A stretch of DNA of 38,156 bases from Candidatus Nanohalarchaeota archaeon. Lineage in GTDB: Archaea > EX4484-52 > B79-G9. The stretch covers positions 1 through 38,156 of the forward strand of contig QMVA01000002.1 in NCBI GenBank assembly GCA_003660865.1, in the 5' to 3' direction. Positions within the stretch are counted from its first letter, which is position 1. The number at the start of each line of letters is the position of its first letter. Below, in pieces: positions 9,254 through 15,861 of the stretch. Position numbers and translations under genes: made by a program. The notes below the pieces were generated by a model, which did no database searches, was not told the origin of the DNA, and saw only the letters and a program-made list of their open reading frames with translations.

Positions 9254-10453
9254 TTACTGTTTTTTGTTGTCTCTTATTTCCAGTTGTTTGAATGGCTGGT
9301 TTTGTGGGAGTTTCTCGTAGGGTTCGTTGAGTGTGAATTTACCTGTTTGTATTTCTTTTTTTAGGATGGATGCGATTTTTTTGGCTTTCGGGTAGCTTGA
9401 CATTGAGCTTGTTTTTACTTTTTTGTTGTTTATCCTGATTTGTCCTGATTTCAGTTGTTTGTAGTTGACTTTTGCTATTGTGTTTGATAGTCTTTTTGGG
9501 TAGTCGCTGCTGTAGTCTATTATGGGTGCGTATATATCTTCGTCTTTTACGCAGGTGCTTTTTAGGATTTCTTTGTTCAGTATTGGGATTGGGATGCCTA
9601 TTCCGAGTGCGAGGCTTGCGCCGTAGCCTTTTATGCTTGCGCCGCGTACGAATTCGCTGTCCATCTGTTTCATGTCTGCTGTTAGTGCCAGTGTGGCTGC
9701 GCCTTCTTCGGGTACGTTGTTTTTTGTTCTTTTGCAGTCGGTTGTGTGCTGTGTGCCTTGGGAGTAGATGTGGCCTGGTGCGCCTGCGAGCCAAACTTTT
9801 GTGCCGATGCCGATTGTTTTGCATAGGGGGTCGTTTAGGAGGGGGCTTAGCTGGCCTGCTGATGAGTATGTTGCGTTTTGCATGTTGGGTTTGAGGGCGC
9901 CCATGTATGTGTAGATGGTGTGTTCTTTGTGGGCGTTTACTGCTACATTGTAGTTTTGGTAGCAGTTTCTTGGGTTTACCATGGTTGCCTGGTTGAGGGT
10001 GTTTATGTTTATCATTGTCCTTAGTTCCCGTCTGGGGTATTCGTCTGTTGCGTAGGATAAAGCGAAGAGTTGTACATCTTTTCCGCTTACCAGGTCTTCT
10101 ATTACGTGGCCGCCGCCGTATTTGAATTCGCCTGGAAAGTACCTGTTTCCAGGGTCGTTGTGCTGGAGTTCTGTTGCGCCGAGGTATGCGTCTACTGCTG
10201 CGATTCCTGTGTATATGCGTACGTCGTTTAGCCATGCTTCTGTCATTCTTATTTTTGGTTTGGAGTGTCCGAAGTTCAGGAAGCAGCCGGATGAGCACAT
10301 TGTGCCGAAGGTTGCTGTGGTTACTATGTCTATGTTTTTGTATGCTTCGTCTATGCCTTCTTTTTCTACTATGTCGATGATTTCTTCTGCGGTGACTACG
10401 ACTGCTTGTCCTTTTTTTATTTTTTCGTTGAGTTCCTGATAGGTTTTTGGCAT
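9254..10453 (-). CDS. DUF39/COG1900 homocysteine biosynthesis protein (aspartate-semialdehyde sulfurtransferase type) without CBS domains
   Basis: EKIKKGQAVVVTAEE, DIVTTATFGTMCSSG.FLNFGH, YGGGHVIEDLV, NPRNCYQNY and TIGIGT motifs; synteny with NIL-ferredoxin and UPF0280. Confidence 0.92.
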   Translation of the reverse strand: MPKTYQELNEKIKKGQAVVVTAEEIIDIVEKEGIDEAYKNIDIVTTATFGTMCSSGCFLNFGHSKPKIRMTEAWLNDVRIYTGIAAVDAYLGATELQHNDPGNRYFPGEFKYGGGHVIEDLVSGKDVQLFALSYATDEYPRRELRTMININTLNQATMVNPRNCYQNYNVAVNAHKEHTIYTYMGALKPNMQNATYSSAGQLSPLLNDPLCKTIGIGTKVWLAGAPGHIYSQGTQHTTDCKRTKNNVPEEGAATLALTADMKQMDSEFVRGASIKGYGASLALGIGIPIPILNKEILKSTCVKDEDIYAPIIDYSSDYPKRLSNTIAKVNYKQLKSGQIRINNKKVKTSSMSSYPKAKKIASILKKEIQTGKFTLNEPYEKLPQNQPFKQLEIRDNKKQ

Positions 10454-10538
10454 GTGTTGTCTTTTGGGGGTTTATCTTTATTTGTTTTTGCGAGGGTTGT
10501 AGTAGATTAATATTTTTTTGGGTTTATATTGGTCTTTT

Positions 10539-11033
10539 ATGGGTGGAGTTTCTGTTGTTTCGGGGGATATTTGCGCGCTTAATGTTGATGCTATTGTTAA
10601 TCCTGCCAACTCTTCAGGTTCGATGGGCGGCGGGGTTGCGCTTACTATCAGGAGGAAAGGGGGGCAGATTATTGAGGATGAGGCGATGGCGCATGCGCCT
10701 GTTGCTGTCGGGTCTGCTGTTTTGACTACTGCGGGTCGGTTGCCTTGCCGGTTTGTGATTCATGCGCCTACTATGGTTGGTCCTGCTGAGAGGGTTGGTG
10801 TTGGGAATGTGCGTCGGGCTGTTTTGGCGGCGCTTGAGTTGGCTCGCGAGAAGGGGATTTTTGAGGTTGCGTTTCCGGGAATGGGTACGGGTGTCGGCGG
10901 GGTGGATAAGGGGGAGGCTGCGCATGTGATGGTTTGTGAGATTCTTGATTTTGTTTCGAAGAATGAGGGCTTCCGGGTGGTTTTAGTTGGTTTTGACGAG
11001 GAGTTGTATGAGTGTTTTTTGGGTGAGCTGTAG
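10539..11033 (+). CDS. Macro domain protein (MacroD-type ADP-ribose binding/hydrolase)
   Basis: GDI, DAIVNPAN, GGGVA, VIHAPT and FPGMGTGVGG motifs; ATG at 10539. Confidence 0.93.
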   Translation: MGGVSVVSGDICALNVDAIVNPANSSGSMGGGVALTIRRKGGQIIEDEAMAHAPVAVGSAVLTTAGRLPCRFVIHAPTMVGPAERVGVGNVRRAVLAALELAREKGIFEVAFPGMGTGVGGVDKGEAAHVMVCEILDFVSKNEGFRVVLVGFDEELYECFLGEL

Positions 11034-11073
11034 TAAGGTTTTTCTGTGCATAATTTGATGTGTGTCTTTTTAG

Positions 11074-11111
11074 TGTCCATGTTTTTGGACAGGTGTCCAG
11101 TTATGTGGACA
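11074..11111. repeat. Two tandem palindromes TGTCCA-N6-TGGACA, 20-bp period
   Basis: tgtcca-tgtttt-tggaca at 11074-11091 and tgtcca-gttatg-tggaca at 11094-11111, between convergent genes. Confidence 0.85.
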
Positions 11112-11130
11112 TGTATTTTGTCTGTGTTGG

Positions 11131-11583
11131 TTAGAGTGTTTCCAGTGTGTCGCCTTGTTTTATTGTGCCGCCTTTTATGACTTTTACAAATATGCCTTCT
11201 TTTGGCATGACGCATTCGCCAAGTTCCTGGAAGATCTTGCAGCTGGCATGGCATGTTTTTCCGATCTTTGAGACTTCGAGGATTACTTCGGTTCCTGCTT
11301 TTAGTTTGTCGCCGATTTTTAGTTGTTTCAGGTCTATATCTTTGGTTGTTATGTTTTCTGCGAAGTCGCCGGGGTTTAGGGTGATTTGTTTTTGTTTGAT
11401 TTTTGCGCTTTCTTTCATGCGGTCTATGCTTTCCTGTGCAAGGAGGCTGATTTGTCTTATTTCTGCGCCGGCGTGGGCGTCTGATTCAAGGCCGAAGTTC
11501 TCTATTGCCTTTGCCTGCTTTACAGGGGCTTTTGTTATGTGCTTGCTTGTGCTTGTGTTGATTGAGTGTATTTTTCCTTTCAT
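11131..11583 (-). CDS. MOSC domain protein (predicted sulfur carrier)
   Basis: GLESDAHAG, RQISLL, PGDFAENITT, IGKTCH..C.I and CVMPKEGIF motifs. Confidence 0.92.
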   Translation of the reverse strand: MKGKIHSINTSTSKHITKAPVKQAKAIENFGLESDAHAGAEIRQISLLAQESIDRMKESAKIKQKQITLNPGDFAENITTKDIDLKQLKIGDKLKAGTEVILEVSKIGKTCHASCKIFQELGECVMPKEGIFVKVIKGGTIKQGDTLETL

Positions 11584-11611
11584 TTTTGGTGCACCATTCG
11601 TTTTCTGGATT

Positions 11612-12233
11612 TTATGGGATTGTTATCTTTTTATGTTGGTGTGTTGTCCATATCTTTTTTAGCTGGGTTATGGCAATGTCGATTCTTGGGAGTGTTGATG
11701 ATATATGTGTTTGTCCGTTGGGTGTTTTTAGCATGTGTTTTGTTGTTTTGATGGGGTATAGTTTGCCTGAGGTTGCTTTGTTTATGACGTCCTGTTTTGT
11801 CAGTTTGCGGCTGTTCCATGAGTCGAGGATGATTTCGCTGTCCATGTAGTTTACGTAGAATACGGGGATGTTCTGGATTTTCAGGTTTTTGAAGACGTTG
11901 TGCCTGTGGTGGCCGTCAAGGATTATGTTTGTTTTTTTGTCTGCTACTATTGGGTATTTTATGCCTTGTTCAATTATGCTTTTTTTTACTTCGTGTATTT
12001 TTTTCGGGTCTGTGTGCTCGTGGGGTTTTAGGTTGTTTGTGTTGGTTAGTTTTATGATGTATGGCAACCTTGTAAAAGGTTGATCATTAGGTGCGTTTCG
12101 CTTCCGCTCAAGCGCACGAAGGTAATTTTCTATTTTGTCCTTTTTCGAGTCTAAAATCACCAGATTCGTGGTTCCTTTTGCTTTCCTATAGGCTGCACCG
12201 GTAGCCACCCATGTTTGTTTTTGTTTCGTTCAT
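11612..12233 (-). pseudogene. Minimal SerK/SbnI-like ParB/Srx-fold protein, interrupted by a 154-bp insertion near its 5' end
   Basis: KPHE, LDGHHR, VNY..SW and TKQDVI..GKLYPIKTTKH motifs; GGAGG SD + ATG 12233 is out of frame until 12061-12214 is removed, which restores a 155-aa ORF MNETKTNIIKL...; an alternative in-frame GTG lies at 12208. Confidence 0.75.
12061..12210. mobile_element. MITE-like insertion (~150 bp)
   Basis: ATGT direct repeats at 12057-12060 and 12211-12214; imperfect terminal IR tggcaacc / ggtagcca; internal hairpins; lacks the local GT skew. Confidence 0.65.
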
Positions 12234-12442
12234 TTTATTGCCTCCATTTGAGTGTTTTTTTCTATGCTTCTGAGTTGTAGCTCTTGTGAGTTTGTCCTGT
12301 TGGAACTAAGTTTTGTTTTTTTGGTTGTGCTTAGTGGGTTATTGGGATTATAGAGAAGTAATGGTTCTTTTTCATTTGTTGATGCAAACACGTTCACCAG
12401 TCATTAGACTCACCGTTATGTAGTTAATTTATGTGGGCTAAG

Positions 12443-12452
12443 GTTTATATAT
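12443..12452 (-). promoter_or_regulatory. Putative TATA box upstream of the SerK-like/MOSC unit
   Basis: ATATATAAAC on the minus strand ~210 nt upstream of ATG 12233. Confidence 0.35.
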
Positions 12453-12542
12453 CTTGTGATTGGGGTTTTTGGTCTGTGTTTGTAGATGTGGATGGTTTGG
12501 TTATACTTGAGTGGAATCTGGTTTTAGATTTTATGTTATGGG

Positions 12543-13907
12543 TCAGATTTTGGTTTCTTTTTTCCATGAGCCTGTTTTGAACCATGCAAGGGATATGATT
12601 GATGTCATGGCGGCTGCGATTACGAAGGACCACCAGATGCCGGTCAGGCCCATGGCTTTTGTGAATGCAAGGTAATATGCGATGGGTATGCAAAATATGA
12701 ATAAGCGTATCATTGTCAATACTAGTTGAGGGGTGCCTTTTCCTGTGCCCTGGAATGCTGATGCTATTATCATGCCTGTGGGGATGAATATTAGTTCTAT
12801 GGGTACTATTTTGAGGAATTCTGATCCCAGAGATATGACTGTCTTGTCGTCTGTGAAGAGTGTCATGAATTGGTTTCTGAAGGTGATCAGTATTATTGCG
12901 GTTGGTATCATGAAGGTGGTGAGGAGTTTGATTGCTGTTTTTACTGTGGTTTCTATGCGGTCGTATTTTTTTAGTCCTGCGTTTTGGCCGACTATGGTGA
13001 TTACGGCTGTGGCGATGGCGATAGAGGGTAGTATTCCTATTGTCTGGAGCTTGTTTGCTGCGCCGAAGGCAGCTATTGCAGGGGTTCCGAATTTTGCTAC
13101 GAAGGATGTGAGGATGAAGAATGCAATGGACATGCTGATTTGTGATAGTGATGAAGGGATGCCTACTTTTAGTATGTTTTTGATTATTTTGGGCAGGTAG
13201 TTGAATCCTCTGATGATGGGTGTGACTTTTGCTCTTTTTTTGATGAAGTGGTGTAATATGAGGAGCAGGCCGAATAATCTGGAGATTACTGTTGCTATTG
13301 CAGCGCCTTCTATGCCTAATGGGGGTATTATCCAGTATCCGAATATCAGTATGGGGTCGAGTATTATGTTTAGTGATACGGATATCACTAGTGCTTTCAT
13401 GGGTGTTAGTGTGTCTCCTTCGCCGTGTAATATTGAGTTTAGGATGAATACTGTGAGTATTATGATGAAGTTGTAGATTATTATTGTCATGTAGCTTTTT
13501 GCTAGTGATATTACGGCTGTTTCTGCGCCCATGAATGTGAAGATTTGTTCTATGTAATATAGACCCAGCGCTGTTGTGACTATGCTTATTATTGCTGAGA
13601 GGATTAGTCCGTGGGTTGCTGATTGTCTTGCGTCCATGATCTGGTTTTTGCCGATGTATCGTGCTATGAGGGATGTCACTCCTATGCCTATTCCTGCGCC
13701 TATTGCGATTATGAAGAAGATTACGGGGAATGTGATGCTTATGGCGGCGAGGGCGTCTGCGCTGAGCCTGCCGAGAAAGATGGCGTCTATTATGTTGAAG
13801 GCTGTCTGTAGTGCCATTGAGATTATTACCGGTGTTGAGAGGGCTATCAGTGTGCTTTTTATGTTGCCGTTTGTTATGTCTATGTTTTCTTTAGAAAATC
13901 TTTTCAT
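12543..13907 (-). CDS. MATE family efflux transporter
   Basis: About 12 TMs; IDAIFLGRL, LNIILDPILIFG and LGIEGAAIATVISR motifs. Confidence 0.95.
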   Translation of the reverse strand: MKRFSKENIDITNGNIKSTLIALSTPVIISMALQTAFNIIDAIFLGRLSADALAAISITFPVIFFIIAIGAGIGIGVTSLIARYIGKNQIMDARQSATHGLILSAIISIVTTALGLYYIEQIFTFMGAETAVISLAKSYMTIIIYNFIIILTVFILNSILHGEGDTLTPMKALVISVSLNIILDPILIFGYWIIPPLGIEGAAIATVISRLFGLLLILHHFIKKRAKVTPIIRGFNYLPKIIKNILKVGIPSSLSQISMSIAFFILTSFVAKFGTPAIAAFGAANKLQTIGILPSIAIATAVITIVGQNAGLKKYDRIETTVKTAIKLLTTFMIPTAIILITFRNQFMTLFTDDKTVISLGSEFLKIVPIELIFIPTGMIIASAFQGTGKGTPQLVLTMIRLFIFCIPIAYYLAFTKAMGLTGIWWSFVIAAAMTSIISLAWFKTGSWKKETKI

Positions 13908-14018
13908 CTGTTTTTTTGGTGTGTAACCTATAAAAAAGGGTTTTTATGGCTTTGGCTATAGTGTTGATGTAAAAAGTAAAAAATGAGAAAGAGTAAAAAA
14001 GAATAAAGATTGGGGCAT

Positions 14019-14678
14019 TTATCTTGCGCCTGTGGCTTCTTTGTCTCTTCTTGTCTTTTCCTGTATTGCGAAGCTTGCAGGATCGCTTTTGTAGGCTGAG
14101 AGTATTTCGTTTGAGAGTCCTTGTGCGGCGCTTTTTTTCTTTTTTACGGTTCTTTGGTATGAGCCTTGCGCGATGTGTTTCAGTGCAAGGTCTACTCTTC
14201 TTTGGGGAGCTGTTACTACGGATTCTCTTGCGAATATGCCGCCTCTCTGGTATGTCAGGACTTCTTCTAGCGGGGCGGAGTTTTCTATAGCTCTTATGAG
14301 AACTTCAACTGGGTTTTTTTCGGTTTTTTCTTCGATTATGTTGAATGCCTCTATTAGTATTTTTGTTGTTTTTGTTGTGGTGCCGACGTTGTGGCCGCTT
14401 GAGAATTTGTGTTTTTTGCCGCGGTGACCTGCGACGAACATCTTGTTTATGAGGCGTTCTGTGATGTTTAGTTTTGATTTGTGGAACTGATTTTTTGCGT
14501 GTCTTCCGCCGCTTTTTGGGACTATTACTGGGCTTAGGTTTATGTAGTTTACGAGTCCGGGGTCTGAGACTTTTATGTTTTCTGTGCTCCATGTGTTGAA
14601 TAGTTTTATTTTAGAGGATTTTTGTTTTGTTTCTGCTATGTGCTTTATTTCAGAGGGTTTTTGTTTTGTTTCTGTCAT
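14019..14678 (-). CDS. rps7: 30S ribosomal protein S7 (uS7)
   Basis: KLFNTW, DPGLVNYI, ERLINK, NPVEVLIRAIENSAPLEE and PQRRVDLAL motifs. Confidence 0.96.
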   Translation of the reverse strand: MTETKQKPSEIKHIAETKQKSSKIKLFNTWSTENIKVSDPGLVNYINLSPVIVPKSGGRHAKNQFHKSKLNITERLINKMFVAGHRGKKHKFSSGHNVGTTTKTTKILIEAFNIIEEKTEKNPVEVLIRAIENSAPLEEVLTYQRGGIFARESVVTAPQRRVDLALKHIAQGSYQRTVKKKKSAAQGLSNEILSAYKSDPASFAIQEKTRRDKEATGAR

Positions 14679-14680
14679 GT
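14605..14680. repeat. 39-bp tandem duplication in the rps7 5' end
   Basis: tttattttagaggatttttgttttgtttctg vs tttatttcagagggtttttgttttgtttctg; encodes ETKQKPSEIK / ETKQKSSKIK. Confidence 0.85.
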
Positions 14681-14687
14681 TATCATC

Positions 14688-15116
14688 TTATTTGCTTGGT
14701 CTTTTTTTTGTGCCTTTTATGAGTTCGTTCAGTGATATACCGTTTACCTGTGTAACTTTCCATTTTACTGATGGAAGCGATCCTTTTGGACCGGATTCTG
14801 AGCCGCCGATTCCTTCAAGTAGGACTTCGTCGTGTTCCTGAACGTGGTTGATGGCACCTGTCAGAGGGCAGAATGCGGTGATTTGTTTACTGTTTTTGAT
14901 TAGCTGTACTCTTACGCATTTTAGCATGCCTGAGTGGGGCTGTTTTGCTTCAAGCTGCCTTTTTTCAAGAACTATGCCTTTTGCCTGTGCTGAGCCTTCC
15001 AGAGGATCTGTTTTTTCTTTGAGGCGCAGGGTCTTTCTTGCGAAGTCTATAGATTTCCATCTTTTCTTGAGCCTGTTTTTTTTGAGGTTTCTTCCTGCGT
15101 ATAGTCCACCTGACAT
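14688..15116 (-). CDS. rps12: 30S ribosomal protein S12 (uS12)
   Basis: GLYAGR, DPLEGS, GIVLEK and EAKQP..KCVRVQLIKN motifs; position between nusA and rps7. Confidence 0.97.
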   Translation of the reverse strand: MSGGLYAGRNLKKNRLKKRWKSIDFARKTLRLKEKTDPLEGSAQAKGIVLEKRQLEAKQPHSGMLKCVRVQLIKNSKQITAFCPLTGAINHVQEHDEVLLEGIGGSESGPKGSLPSVKWKVTQVNGISLNELIKGTKKRPSK

Positions 15117-15129
15117 TTTTGTTTCACCG

Positions 15130-15549
15130 TTATTCTATTTTTATGTTATCAATATTGAATTGTCTTTTTAAAAAGATTTTGATTATGTTTATGTTTTTGC
15201 CGCCTCTGCCTATTAGCAGACCTTTGTTTCTTTTTTCTGTTTCGATGGTTATTGTCTTTTGTTGGTTGTTTTCGATTAGGGTTATTTTTTTTGCCGGGAT
15301 AGGCAGCATGTTTTTTGTGAATTCTTCTGCGTTCTCTGTGTGCTTGTATATTATTATGTTCTGGTTCATTTTTTTTTGGAGTTTTTTTATTTCTATGCCG
15401 TTTTTGCCGATCAGGTTTTTGAAGTTGTTTGTTTTTACTACGAAATATAGTGTGTTATTTTCGTTTGCGTAGTCAACAACGTGTGTTCTTGTGATTTTTT
15501 CGAATATTGTGATGTTTATTATGTCATCGTTTGTGTATTTTATTGGCAT
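15130..15549 (-). CDS. nusA: Archaeal NusA (two KH domains)
   Basis: IGKNG and IGRGGKNI KH motifs; conserved position after rpl30e; start set at MPIKY (ATG 15549). Confidence 0.92.
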   Translation of the reverse strand: MPIKYTNDDIINITIFEKITRTHVVDYANENNTLYFVVKTNNFKNLIGKNGIEIKKLQKKMNQNIIIYKHTENAEEFTKNMLPIPAKKITLIENNQQKTITIETEKRNKGLLIGRGGKNINIIKIFLKRQFNIDNIKIE

Positions 15550-15575
15550 TAGATTCACGCATGATGGTAGCTGTT

Positions 15576-15839
15576 TTATTTTTTGAGGCCTAGTACTACA
15601 ATTGAAAATGGCTTTCTTGCGCATGCGCCTAATTCGATGCTTGTGCCGTTGAATAAGTGTATTTTTGATTTTGAGAGTTTTGCTGCGTTTTCTATGTCGC
15701 GCCGGATGTTTTTTGGGCAGTTTGTGGCGATTATGGCGGAGTCCAGTTTGTTCTGATTCAGGTATTTTAGGGTTGTGTCTGTGCCGATTGTTATTTTGCC
15801 TGAGTCTATTGCGTTTTTGATTGTTTTTGTTATGTCCAT
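15576..15839 (-). CDS. rpl30e: 50S ribosomal protein L30e
   Basis: SGKITIG, IIATNCP and GTSIELGACARKPF motifs; alternative start at 15851. Confidence 0.95.
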   Translation of the reverse strand: MDITKTIKNAIDSGKITIGTDTTLKYLNQNKLDSAIIATNCPKNIRRDIENAAKLSKSKIHLFNGTSIELGACARKPFSIVVLGLKK

Positions 15840-15861
15840 TGTTAGCACCATTTATGTTTTT

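Noticed and set aside
9339..10298. 319-aa Arg/Lys-rich alternate-frame ORF inside DUF39 (similar cases at 21497-22216 and 37085-37870)
   Set aside because: Low T content on the minus strand removes stops; the composition is that of an off-frame read
12057..12214. BHB-type mRNA intron explanation for the mini-SerK insertion
   Set aside because: I could not build a 4-bp central helix with 3-nt bulges at the junctions; direct plus inverted repeats fit a DNA element better
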